A stretch of 64,000 nt of DNA from a bacterium (GCA_963675755.2 CAXXMD010000003.1:2688001-2752000); one strand, 5' to 3'; numbered from the stretch's first letter, positions 51,806 to 63,000 are shown. The notes: generated by a model from the letters alone, not told the origin. Translations and numbers: made by a program.

Positions 51806-52945
51806 ATGTCCGAAATGTTATTTACTTCAGAATCCGTAACTGAGGGACATCCAGACAAAGTTGCAGATCAAATATCCGATGCGGTACTTGACGCTGCTTT
51901 TACTGATGATCCTATGAGCCGGGTTGCCTGTGAAACATTTGTAACTACAGGTTTGGCCCTGGTTGGTGGTGAAATTACCACCGAAACCTATGTTGACATC
52001 CCTCAGGTCGTCAGAAATACCATTAAAGAAATTGGGTATACTGATGCTTCGTATGGGTTCGATTATGAAACCTGTGCTGTGTTAACAACTATTGATCAGC
52101 AATCTGCTGACATTGCTATGGGTGTAGACAGGGATGGAGCAGGTGACCAGGGAATGATGTTTGGTTTTGCCTGTGATGAAACCCCTGAATTGATGCCTTT
52201 GCCAATTATGTTGGCCCAGCAACTGACTCAGCGTTTGGCCCAGGTGAGAAAAGATGGCCTGGTTTCTTATTTGAGACCTGATGGCAAATCTCAGGTATCT
52301 GTGAATTATGTTGATGGCAAACCTGTCTCAATTGATACTGTTGTGATTTCAACCCAGCATAATCCTGATGCAACCAATGAGCAGATAAGAGAAGATATGA
52401 TTGAAAAAGTTATTCTTCCTGTGCTGCCAAAAGAATTGATTGCCAAAGGTGATCCTGTTTATCATATCAATCCTACCGGTCGTTTTGTTGTTGGCGGTCC
52501 ACAAGGTGATGCAGGATTAACCGGTCGTAAAATTATTGTAGACACCTATGGTGGGTATTCCCGTCATGGCGGTGGTGCTTTCTCGGGCAAAGATCCAACG
52601 AAAGTTGACCGTTCAGCCGCTTATGCATCACGTTATATTGCCAAAAATATTGTTGCAGCCGGTATTGCAACAAAATGCGAAATTCAACTGGCATATGCAA
52701 TTGGTGTTGCAGAACCTGTTTCCATTCATGTGGATACATTTGGTACCGGAAAACTGGCAGATGATGCTATTGTTAAACTGGTACGTGAAAATTTTGATCT
52801 TACCCCCAAAGGTATTATCACCATGCTTGATCTGCGTCGTCCTATTTACAAAGCTACTGCAGCTTATGGTCATTTTGGCCGTACCGGCGATGGTTTTACA
52901 TGGGAAAAAACAGATAAAGCAGATGTATTGAAAAAAAGTTTGTAA
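51806..52945 (+). CDS. metK: S-adenosylmethionine synthetase
   Basis: [35 protein letters not shown]. Confidence 0.99.
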   Translation: MSEMLFTSESVTEGHPDKVADQISDAVLDAAFTDDPMSRVACETFVTTGLALVGGEITTETYVDIPQVVRNTIKEIGYTDASYGFDYETCAVLTTIDQQSADIAMGVDRDGAGDQGMMFGFACDETPELMPLPIMLAQQLTQRLAQVRKDGLVSYLRPDGKSQVSVNYVDGKPVSIDTVVISTQHNPDATNEQIREDMIEKVILPVLPKELIAKGDPVYHINPTGRFVVGGPQGDAGLTGRKIIVDTYGGYSRHGGGAFSGKDPTKVDRSAAYASRYIAKNIVAAGIATKCEIQLAYAIGVAEPVSIHVDTFGTGKLADDAIVKLVRENFDLTPKGIITMLDLRRPIYKATAAYGHFGRTGDGFTWEKTDKADVLKKSL

Positions 52946-54741
<1,796 letters not shown>

Positions 54742-55104
54742 GGTGTAAAACTCTAAACTTTGTAACGTATAGGGGCCAATAGATCACCCTACGGGTAAAC
54801 CCTTGCCCCGGCTCTTGTTTCTTTGATTTATTATTTCCCATAATCGAACTCCCCGCTGCAATTACGACATGCAAATTATAAAAATATTAAATACTTGATA
54901 AAACAGTTGATGCTTTGGATAATTTATTGTATATTATAATGCAAATTTAGTATGCTGTTTTTTGCAATTTTGATTTAGTGTAATGAGTTTCATGTTACTT
55001 TCTAATCCAAAATAATCGTTAAGAATGGTAACACTATTCGGAACGATTTTTTTTTGCCAAGAATAGATATACAAAACATTTATTTATTATAAAGGACACG
55101 TTCA

Positions 55105-55305
55105 ATGGAAAATGGAACTGTCAAATGGTTCAATGGCTCAAAAGGCTATGGTTTTATCACTTCAGAAAGTGGTAGTGATGTATTTGTACATTTTAACGCA
55201 ATCGTAGGTGACGGCTACAAGTCACTTGATGAAGGAGACCGGGTTCAGTTTGAAGTAGAGCAGGGACCCAAAGGACCACAAGCAATTAAAGTTTCAAAGA
55301 TATAA
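55105..55305 (+). CDS. cold-shock protein (CspA family)
   Basis: GTVKWFN, KGYGFI (RNP1), DVFVHF (RNP2), GPKGPQA. AAGGA RBS. Confidence 0.97.
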   Translation: MENGTVKWFNGSKGYGFITSESGSDVFVHFNAIVGDGYKSLDEGDRVQFEVEQGPKGPQAIKVSKI

Positions 55306-55326
55306 TTTAAAATTTTTTCTTTGTAC

Positions 55327-55360
55327 AACCCCAGTCTTTAATAGCTGGGGTTTTTTGTTT
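55327..55360 (+). terminator. intrinsic terminator of the cold-shock gene
   Basis: AACCCCAG-loop-CTGGGGTT followed by TTTTGTTT. Confidence 0.85.
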
Positions 55361-55469
55361 TAGGTGGATTTCCTTTAAATACTGGGAAAAGGGTGTGGTC
55401 AATATCCACCCTAAAAGATTATTTTATTCAGAATCCAATTAGTGGGCAGGTGGCCAATCCCTGGAGCTT

Positions 55470-55744
55470 GCACTGGATAATAATCGTCAGGTTATTTATA
55501 CCGCCGGTGCGAGAAAATTCCCTCCGGAAGCTGCAAACACGGCAATGGCCCGGCAATCCGCTGAACGCGCGGCGTTTATTGACGCGTGCCGCTGGGGAGC
55601 CTATGCGCTAAAATGGAAGGATAATCCTGCATCTCCCGATTATGGTGACATACAAGGCAATCTGCCCAACGCAAAGCTGCTGTACAAAATCGGCTCCGGC
55701 AACGGAGTACAGACGGTTGTTGAGATTGGGTTGATGTATTAGGG
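55470..55744 (+). pseudogene. 5'-truncated duplicate of the 3' half of 54202-54741
   Basis: Gap-free alignment at offset 1001 with 54469-54743. Upstream in-frame TAG at 55440-55442, no signal peptide. Confidence 0.8.
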
Positions 55745-55760
55745 GAGAAGGGAAAAGAGT

Positions 55761-57686
55761 TTAATAGTTATGCTTGGAAGTGTAAAGAATTTTGTGTTTG
55801 TCGTATTCTTTTTTTTCTTTAAATATTTGTGATTTAGGATTAATAATGTCTTCTCTACTGATTAAGTAATGATGTTTTAAAAAAGATTTAATTTTTTGAG
55901 GACAATTTAATTCTTGTATGTTTTGGAATTGATTTATTGCAATTATTTTTTTAGTTATTTCAATTTCGTTTTTCGATAAATTATTGAAATCATCCCACCA
56001 TTTTTGGGTATACCCCTTTTCTTTAAAAAAGAACCTATATAAGATATATGTTTCCGGCATATATAATAGTTTAAAATATTCTTCTTCATTATGACCAAAT
56101 GCTTCATAAAAAAATGATTTACCTTTACCAATTTTACCTTTTGTTGCATTAAGTATTGTCTGTATTGCTCGAATAAATTTTTTATTCCAATGTTTACCAA
56201 TGTAATTTCTGTTTGCGAACCAATTTTGTCCATTGATAGGGTGGTATTTCATTGGAAAAGAATATATGTTTAAATTATATTGTTCACATAATTCAATGTT
56301 AATTTTTAACCGTTGATACAATTCAATTGGTTTATCGTTTTCATTATATAATAAATAATTTGAAAGATTTGTAATTCCATATTTAGCTGCTAGCTCAACA
56401 GCTTTTATATATGTCTTTTCCCACTTCATACTATCAAAAGCGATACGCAATGGTTTTATTGGTATTTCACTTAAAAGTTTCATTTTATATTCGTCAGCAA
56501 CTAAATATCGCGCATCTATCCCTTGGTTAAAATCAACATATCGTTGTTTTGGCATTTTATTTCTATGTTTTTCATAGAGGTCTTTTACTTTAGGATAAAT
56601 TATAATAAGGTTTTCTTTAGTTGATTTATCTTTTGATAATAAGTTTAATGATTTCATTAAGTCATATAGATACTGTTGCTTTGAATTTGGTAGTTTATCA
56701 AGTAAAATGTGTAAAAGATCGTATGATTTATTTATAAATGCTTTGTCATTATAATTTGATTTAAGATTTGCTATTGAAATATCCAATTGATTAGGTTCAA
56801 TATATTTAGAACCTTTTGAGAAACCGCACTCCTTAATTTCTTCAATTATTTGTTCAAAACAATTAGATGCTAAAACATTATTATCTAAGAGTAAAAGATT
56901 TCTTTTTTCACCATATCGTTTTGATGTTGCATTAATTTGTTCTTTAATTGGTATGTAATGTTGGAATTCAGGTTCAAGCTTTGGAACTGCGCAAAAAGCA
57001 CATTGTCGTTTACAACCTCTTGTCATATAACCATAATATGCATTATTTTCTGGATATTTATAATCGATTTCGTCTAGGATTGAATAGTCGAGAGGTAAAG
57101 TGTCAATAATTATTTCATTGTCATCAAGTATTCCTGATTTATCAAGTAAGCCTTCATGAGGTTTAATTCCAGTTTTTTCTTGTAATTCTTTTGCTAAAAC
57201 TGTCGCCAGTACACCACCTACCCAGAGTTCATTTAAATCTTTTACAAGTTTTTTGGCAAACTCAATAGTTTCAATTGTTATTATCCAATGAAAAGTGAAT
57301 AGTGTTGTAATGCAGATTCTGTCCCATTTAGGTTGCTTAAAATAGTGACCTTTTCTGTACAAATTTTTATAATGTTCAAGCCAATAATTTATAGTTATTT
57401 CATATTGTGTTTGTTTTGGTAGTTCAGCCTTAAATGAATTTTTGCCTGTACGGATATATTGGAGTAAACTTGTTTTATAATTTAACCAATCTAATGAGCT
57501 GTCTACTTCATTTAGCGTGGCAATTAACTGATTATTTATATCATTAAGAATGAATTCTTTTAAATCACCTTTATAAAAGGTGACATTGTCACCAAGCATT
57601 CTGTGATAAGAGGCCAACTTCATTAAGCCTATGGGTGGGTATTTATTTTTATAGTTTGGTTCGAGCAGGAGAACGTTTCTTGGCAT
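55761..57686 (-). CDS. radical SAM protein with a B12-binding-like N-terminal domain
   Basis: N-terminus VLLLEPNYKNKYPPIGLMKLASYHRMLGDNV. TRGCKRQCAFCAVP (CxxxCxxC), LLLDNNVLAS, DFNQGIDAR, LRIAFD. Start overlaps the upstream stop (TAATG). Confidence 0.85.
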   Translation of the reverse strand: MPRNVLLLEPNYKNKYPPIGLMKLASYHRMLGDNVTFYKGDLKEFILNDINNQLIATLNEVDSSLDWLNYKTSLLQYIRTGKNSFKAELPKQTQYEITINYWLEHYKNLYRKGHYFKQPKWDRICITTLFTFHWIITIETIEFAKKLVKDLNELWVGGVLATVLAKELQEKTGIKPHEGLLDKSGILDDNEIIIDTLPLDYSILDEIDYKYPENNAYYGYMTRGCKRQCAFCAVPKLEPEFQHYIPIKEQINATSKRYGEKRNLLLLDNNVLASNCFEQIIEEIKECGFSKGSKYIEPNQLDISIANLKSNYNDKAFINKSYDLLHILLDKLPNSKQQYLYDLMKSLNLLSKDKSTKENLIIIYPKVKDLYEKHRNKMPKQRYVDFNQGIDARYLVADEYKMKLLSEIPIKPLRIAFDSMKWEKTYIKAVELAAKYGITNLSNYLLYNENDKPIELYQRLKINIELCEQYNLNIYSFPMKYHPINGQNWFANRNYIGKHWNKKFIRAIQTILNATKGKIGKGKSFFYEAFGHNEEEYFKLLYMPETYILYRFFFKEKGYTQKWWDDFNNLSKNEIEITKKIIAINQFQNIQELNCPQKIKSFLKHHYLISREDIINPKSQIFKEKKEYDKHKILYTSKHNY

Positions 57687-59239
57687 TATTTAAATTCTTC
57701 TTCAATTTTGCATTTTAATTCTTCACCCCTATCTTTTATATCGGGTAACATTAAATCAATTATTTCAAAAACTTTTCTAATGATTTTTTCCTCTTTTTTG
57801 GATAGTTTACTTAGTTTCTGTGAACGATATTTTGTTTTTAAATTTGTATTATTAGTTTTTACTACTTCATCAAAGTTGGTTATTGTTTTTGGATCAACTA
57901 TTTTATTAAATACTCTATTAAGAGCTGGGTTTGAAGAAGCTTTTTCTTCTAACCGTTTAAGATCTTTTTCCTTTTTAATTGCTTCGATTCTGGCTTTTTC
58001 AATATCTTCAATGAATTGTGATTCTTGATTTTTACTTGAAAATGTACCTAAATTTTGTTTTTTTTCATACTCATTTTTAATATTTTTATAATTTTGAATC
58101 CTTTTTACAGCATTTTTAATTTTATTAGCATCATGATATAAACTGTGTAGTTTAGTATAAAAAAAATCTTTTAATTTTTTGTCTAATAAGTTAGATATTT
58201 TGTTTTCGTTAAAATAATCTCGTCGTGAATTAGGAATTAAGTCTGAATGGAAACCATGAATTTCGCCTATAAAGTAAAAATTACCTCTTTGTTCTTTATG
58301 CAATTTTACTAATGTATTTTCTGAACCAATCTGAATATTCCCTTTACGTAGTCTTAATCCACGAGCGCAATTCCCGACAGCAGGTATTTGTTTCTCAAAT
58401 TTTGATATACCGTACCATCCCCATGCAATTATTTCATCTTTATCTTTAATAGTTAATGTTTCTATATCATAAATTTCATCAAATTTTTTATTGTTTGGAG
58501 GTGCACCATCATATAAATAAGTTGAATATGCTTTAAATAATTGCTCTGTGTTAATATAAATACGATATTCATCAAGTGCAAGGTGATTTGCTATTAATCC
58601 TTCATGAATTAAATTTTTAAAAATAAAATGGGAGTTGAAAGGGACTGGGGCAACCATTGACAAATATTCTTCAATATTATTTTTATCCAATAAACTATCG
58701 TTTTTGACATCACACATGATAACTTTAAAATAATGATCATTTTCATCTGCATTGTCTTTGGCAAAATTAATTACAGAATTTACTACAGTTGCTGCATCCA
58801 TATCAATATTACTATCAATTAATTTGTTTTGTAGCTTTTCTGCATCCCAGAGCATAAGATTTTTGACATTTTCACCTTTGAAGCTTGATTCAAAAATAAG
58901 TTTACGACAATACCCCAGACCTCCCAATCTACCTATACCTCTAAATCCTTTGTCTTTTGTTCTATCTTTTGCAGATAGGGCAATATTTGTTAAAGATGAA
59001 GAAAAGTTTTCCGAATTAATGCCTGTTGCATTATCTTCAATAATTATTTGTTTATTATTTTTATCAATAGAAATATGAATGATACCTTCATTTCTATTAG
59101 GAATAATACCAAGCTCAACAGCTTTGTCGATTTGATCTACAGCATTTTGTATATATTCACGATATACAACTCTTGCATCCTCATACATCCCAGATGTCAA
59201 AGTTTCAATAACTGTTTTTCCAATTCTTATATTTGGCAT
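57686..59239 (-). CDS. GHKL-superfamily (Hsp90/MORC-like) ATPase with S5-like domain and C-terminal coiled coil
   Basis: Bergerat motifs REYIQNAVDQID (N box), IEDNATGI (G1), GFRGIGRLGGL (G2). FIGEIH...LIPNSRRDYF. K/E-rich heptad-like C-terminus. Confidence 0.85.
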   Translation of the reverse strand: MPNIRIGKTVIETLTSGMYEDARVVYREYIQNAVDQIDKAVELGIIPNRNEGIIHISIDKNNKQIIIEDNATGINSENFSSSLTNIALSAKDRTKDKGFRGIGRLGGLGYCRKLIFESSFKGENVKNLMLWDAEKLQNKLIDSNIDMDAATVVNSVINFAKDNADENDHYFKVIMCDVKNDSLLDKNNIEEYLSMVAPVPFNSHFIFKNLIHEGLIANHLALDEYRIYINTEQLFKAYSTYLYDGAPPNNKKFDEIYDIETLTIKDKDEIIAWGWYGISKFEKQIPAVGNCARGLRLRKGNIQIGSENTLVKLHKEQRGNFYFIGEIHGFHSDLIPNSRRDYFNENKISNLLDKKLKDFFYTKLHSLYHDANKIKNAVKRIQNYKNIKNEYEKKQNLGTFSSKNQESQFIEDIEKARIEAIKKEKDLKRLEEKASSNPALNRVFNKIVDPKTITNFDEVVKTNNTNLKTKYRSQKLSKLSKKEEKIIRKVFEIIDLMLPDIKDRGEELKCKIEEEFK

Positions 59240-59243
59240 GATT

Positions 59244-60899
59244 TTACTTAAATTGTTTATATAATGGTTTAGGGAATTTTATATTTAATAGAGAACGAAA
59301 TATTGGATTTTGAATAATATATTCACCCTGTTTCAATCTAGTCATCATATTTTTATATACTGGAGGAATAAATCTATAATCGTTTTTTGATATTTCTATT
59401 GCATTGGTGCGACCATATGCATGTGTTGCACAATTCCCTTTTACTCTATCATGTATTGCACTTTTAAATTGTTCTGCAGAAAATAAAATAATTCCTAGCG
59501 ACCTGCCTCTTTCGGTAATATCAATTATTTGTCTAAGAATTGGTGAATTTTTAGGGATATCATTTGAAGCATATTTATTTAATTCATCAATGAAAATGAT
59601 TATCCTTGATGGGATATCTTCTTCAGGGATTCCGTCAAATTGTCCTAATTTCAAATCATAGACTGCTCTCATTACATCGCCAAAAATAAAACTTTGCATC
59701 CCTTCGTCCAATTTTGCAATATCAATAACAAAAATTTCATTTTTTTTAATTGATTTAATACTATCTTGAAGTCTTGTTTCCCTGTCTTGCTCCGATGCTC
59801 TTAGAGCAAAGATATGATTATTTAACGCTTTACGTACAATTCTTTTAAATTTCCTCCAACTTGCTACTGTTATTTCTTTATCCTTAGAAGAACCTGCTTG
59901 GCAATGTTTATCAATTTCGGCTAAAAATTGATCCCAATTTCTAATATTACCAAAATTTCCTTGTTCTGAAATAATATAATTTATTATTGATTCCATAGTC
60001 TGGGCTGGATCGTCAATGTTAGAGAACAGCAAGTCAAGATTTTCTTTGTCATATTCAAAAATATATTTATACCAATATGCTTTATCTAAGTTCGTTTGAT
60101 GTTCAATGAGGTTTTTATCAGCATAGGTGTTAGTATGAATGTTGTCGGCATATGGATAGAAGTATTTTACATGTTTGAATGGTTCATCGTCTAAACCAAG
60201 GTTTAAATAACATTCTTTATCTATTTTTGAGAGTTCATCGTTTGATTCGTCAATTGCTAATAAATCTTTACCTTTAACATTTAACAGTACAAATGCGACA
60301 TTATCTTCTATTTCCATATTTAAATATTTATATTGAATCGCTTTTAGCAAGAACATTGTATATGATGTTTTTGCTGCTAATCCACTTATGCCAGATATAT
60401 TCATGTGAGCTCCTTCTGGCCCTATTAAAAATTGTGAATTAAGATGTATTGGAAGACTTACCTTTTCGTCACTAGAACTTTCATACATTTCTAAATAGCC
60501 ACAAACTAAAGGATTTTTTATATTATCTAATCCCAATGCTTGTCTAATTTCTTGAGCAGTAGCTAAACTAACAGGTTCTCCATCCCTAACTGGAATGTAT
60601 ATATTTTTAGTATTTCCAACAACTTTTGCCCTAACATAGTTCATACCTATTCGTTGTGTGTTAGGTTGTATATTGACATCTCCAAAGTCATTTGAGATAA
60701 AACTTGTAAGATAACTAGCAGTGTCTGTGATATGTGAAATCTCTTCGACAACTCCGTAAGTTATAGATTCATTAATGTGATTAACTTTAATAACATCAAA
60801 TGGATTTAAAATCATATCCTTTGATGTCCAAAAAAAGAAGTCATCAATGGTTGTTGGATTTTTTTCTGTCGCCGCTATTCTACCAATTATTTTTCCCAT
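59244..60899 (-). CDS. herA: HerA-like (FtsK/HerA superfamily) ATPase with N-terminal HAS barrel
   Basis: N-terminal beta-barrel (IIGRIAATE...TYGVVEEI), HMNISGISGLAAKTSY (variant Walker A), LNVKGKD, IIFIDELNKYA (Walker B), ERGRSLGIILFSAEQ (Arg finger/Q motif). Confidence 0.85.
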   Translation of the reverse strand: MGKIIGRIAATEKNPTTIDDFFFWTSKDMILNPFDVIKVNHINESITYGVVEEISHITDTASYLTSFISNDFGDVNIQPNTQRIGMNYVRAKVVGNTKNIYIPVRDGEPVSLATAQEIRQALGLDNIKNPLVCGYLEMYESSSDEKVSLPIHLNSQFLIGPEGAHMNISGISGLAAKTSYTMFLLKAIQYKYLNMEIEDNVAFVLLNVKGKDLLAIDESNDELSKIDKECYLNLGLDDEPFKHVKYFYPYADNIHTNTYADKNLIEHQTNLDKAYWYKYIFEYDKENLDLLFSNIDDPAQTMESIINYIISEQGNFGNIRNWDQFLAEIDKHCQAGSSKDKEITVASWRKFKRIVRKALNNHIFALRASEQDRETRLQDSIKSIKKNEIFVIDIAKLDEGMQSFIFGDVMRAVYDLKLGQFDGIPEEDIPSRIIIFIDELNKYASNDIPKNSPILRQIIDITERGRSLGIILFSAEQFKSAIHDRVKGNCATHAYGRTNAIEISKNDYRFIPPVYKNMMTRLKQGEYIIQNPIFRSLLNIKFPKPLYKQFK

Positions 60900-60914
60900 A
60901 AATTATCCCTATTT

Positions 60915-62081
60915 TTAAAAAAGATTTAAAAAGTATTCATTACTTAAATATTTGCTTTTAATGAATACTTCTGTTAGGTAGACAGGATATAAGTGATTAG
61001 CCCAACGATTATCTTTGCCGTAGCAAACGGGATTTCTTTCATTTATAAGATTTGCACTAATAGTGTCAATTTCTTCAGTTTTTAAACCATATTTTTGTTC
61101 TTGCTCAGAAATTAATATCTTTTCAACTTTAATTATTCCTTCAAATGGGCTTGAAGTATATTTTGCATCTCTAATGCGTAAATACCATATTGAAAATTTT
61201 ACATTTCCTTCAGTCCCTCTTGAAACTTTTGATTCCCACATAAATGCTGGTGTCCGATGATATAATTTTAGTTCAGCAATCTTCTGGGCATTACTATGTC
61301 CTCGAGCATCAATGCACTTTTCTGGATTAAATGATTTTGAAACACCTACTACACATTTGTAGTTACTTTTTATTATTGATAAATCTTTAAAATCACCAGT
61401 TTTCATTGTTTTATACTCTAAAGAACCGTCTTTTAATAAATATGAATCCTCATTGAGTAAATTTTTATAAACAAGAGAAGAAACTATTCTTTTCTCCTGT
61501 TCAATCATTTCATCTTGTATTTTTGCTATTCCAAGGTTTTCATATTTTTCACCTATTTGTAGTTTAATATCAGCATAATCCAATATTTTGCTAAAATTTA
61601 AGCCACGTGTTTTGATGAAATTCTGTTCATTGATTTTGGTTACTAAATTATTAAAGAACAATTTTTTTTTGTTGTCTTTTGATGCATTTTCTGGAACTGC
61701 CATTACTAATTGGTGTTCAATTAGTTTACTTTTTAAATTTTTTCTTTTATCTCGTTCACAACACCCAACTCCTATTTGGCCAGCAATAATCGGGTAAACA
61801 CGGTTATCATAAGCCATATCATCTACTTTATATGTTCTTCTGGAGCCATCAAGAAAATATTTGAAAAGTGGTTGTGAAAATTTTTCTATTTGTTTAGACT
61901 TGTTATAAAGGTGACGAGGAGATGTGATTTTTTCTGATTCACCATATTGCTTTAATGTAAGATTTGGTTGGTCATCATATACTAAATGGGGCATTTCTAT
62001 CCCATCGAAACAATATTTATGAGTTTTATAACTTTTCCCACTTGTTTCAGTTTCAACAAAAGACAATATTTTGTTCAACAT
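60915..62081 (-). CDS. nurA: NurA-like nuclease (RNase H-like fold)
   Basis: YFLDGSRR, LLKDGSL, VVGVSKS, WYLRIR and WANHLYPVYLTE match the two acidic DGS motifs and the C-terminal helix of NurA. Directly upstream of a HerA-like gene. Confidence 0.75.
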   Translation of the reverse strand: MLNKILSFVETETSGKSYKTHKYCFDGIEMPHLVYDDQPNLTLKQYGESEKITSPRHLYNKSKQIEKFSQPLFKYFLDGSRRTYKVDDMAYDNRVYPIIAGQIGVGCCERDKRKNLKSKLIEHQLVMAVPENASKDNKKKLFFNNLVTKINEQNFIKTRGLNFSKILDYADIKLQIGEKYENLGIAKIQDEMIEQEKRIVSSLVYKNLLNEDSYLLKDGSLEYKTMKTGDFKDLSIIKSNYKCVVGVSKSFNPEKCIDARGHSNAQKIAELKLYHRTPAFMWESKVSRGTEGNVKFSIWYLRIRDAKYTSSPFEGIIKVEKILISEQEQKYGLKTEEIDTISANLINERNPVCYGKDNRWANHLYPVYLTEVFIKSKYLSNEYFLNLF

Positions 62082-62266
62082 GTAACCTTCATTTTTAAAA
62101 TCTCAAATGTATGAAAATACGACAAAAAAGATCAAGTATAATATTGTATTATGTTATTTATTGAGTATGAAAAAATAAAATTCACCCCCTCCCAATAATC
62201 AATTATCACTAAATAAAGTGAAAATCCGTAAAAGAAGCAAGATAAATTTAAAATTATAAATCCCGA

Positions 62267-62665
62267 TTATACCCAGTTTTCCACTTTTATCCCTGAAACA
62301 CGATTAAATTCTTTGGTGTTGGCGGTTAACATGATCAGTTTGTGTCTTTTGGCTTGGGCAGCTATCAACAGGTCATTTGCGCCAATGATTTGGCCCTTTA
62401 TTTCAAGCTCTGCACGGATGTTGCCATATTCCATTGCATCCGTGCTGTCAAAATCCAGGATGGTAAGGGGAGAGAGGATTTTTAGTACCGCAGTGAGATT
62501 TTTGGATTTGTGCTGACTTTTTTTCGCCCCGTATATCAGTTCCGCAACAGTGATTGACGATACCCCAAAATCTCGAATGTCTTTACTGGTAAATTTTTTT
62601 TCGAGTGATTTAGATTTTGAATTCATCAAATAGATGAGAATGTTCGTATCAACAAGATATTTCAT
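62267..62665 (-). CDS. vapC: VapC PIN-domain toxin
   Basis: YLVDTNILIY, SSITVAELIYG, IGANDLLIAAQA, TANTKEFNRVSGIKVENW. Confidence 0.95.
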   Translation of the reverse strand: MKYLVDTNILIYLMNSKSKSLEKKFTSKDIRDFGVSSITVAELIYGAKKSQHKSKNLTAVLKILSPLTILDFDSTDAMEYGNIRAELEIKGQIIGANDLLIAAQAKRHKLIMLTANTKEFNRVSGIKVENWV

Positions 62666-62883
62666 TACATTTTGATTTCGGTTAAATTTAAATCATCAAC
62701 ATCCGGAAAATCAACAGCTTCATGTATACCTTCAACAAAATTTGTCCAGGGATCGTCTTGCGGTAAAAGTACCAGTAAATTACCGATTTTATTAATATTA
62801 ACCGTGTCAGCATCCAACCTGTATTCTTTGGGCAAACGTATTGCCTGGCTGTTTCCGGATTGGAAAATTTTTGTAGTTTTCAT
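62665..62883 (-). CDS. vapB: VapB (AbrB/SpoVT-fold) antitoxin
   Basis: TKIFQSGNSQAIRLPKEYRL. Stop overlaps the vapC start (TAATG). Confidence 0.95.
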   Translation of the reverse strand: MKTTKIFQSGNSQAIRLPKEYRLDADTVNINKIGNLLVLLPQDDPWTNFVEGIHEAVDFPDVDDLNLTEIKM

Positions 62884-62893
62884 TTTACACCTC

Positions 62894-62935
62894 TTGTATA
62901 TACATGAATATATACAAATAAGGCCCTAAATGCAA
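62894..62935 (-). promoter_or_regulatory. vapBC promoter with overlapping palindromic operator
   Basis: Minus strand TTGCAT-N17-TATATT. The perfect inverted repeat TTGTATATA-CATGAA-TATATACAA (62894-62917) covers the -10 box. Confidence 0.75.
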
Positions 62936-62975
62936 GAAATTATTTGTTTATATATTTTATTGAATGGGAAAGAAT

Positions 62976-63000
62976 CATGGCGGGCCATTGGCCCACCATG
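62976..63000. terminator. GC-rich hairpin downstream of the AraC gene (terminator or REP-like)
   Basis: CATGGCGGGCCA-T-TGGCCCACCATG, 19 bp after the minus-strand stop at 63020. Confidence 0.5.

Larger units (their letters stand above)
55761..62081 (-). mobile_element. AT-rich, probably horizontally acquired island (no integrase in window)
   Basis: Hand-counted sample lines: 15/60 GC at 57781-57840 versus 25/60 at 52501-52560 (metK). Flanked by a truncated gene duplication and a TA module. Confidence 0.55.

Noticed and set aside
54742-55104. tRNA or structured ncRNA as island attachment site
   Set aside because: No cloverleaf or T-loop GTTCRA with matching stems. More likely the promoter and long 5' UTR of the cold-shock gene plus a weak hairpin.
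55393-55611. 72-aa ORF downstream of the cold-shock gene
   Set aside because: Alternative frame over the truncated duplicate, with no family motifs.
55761-57686. Prokaryotic viperin
   Set aside because: About twice the usual viperin length, has a B12-binding-like N-terminus, and lacks the viperin-type CNYxCxFCF/H context.
57686-59239. Housekeeping chaperone HtpG
   Set aside because: Has GFRGIG rather than the HtpG IGQFGVGFYS motif, lacks recognisable HtpG middle and C-terminal motifs, and sits in an AT-rich operon.
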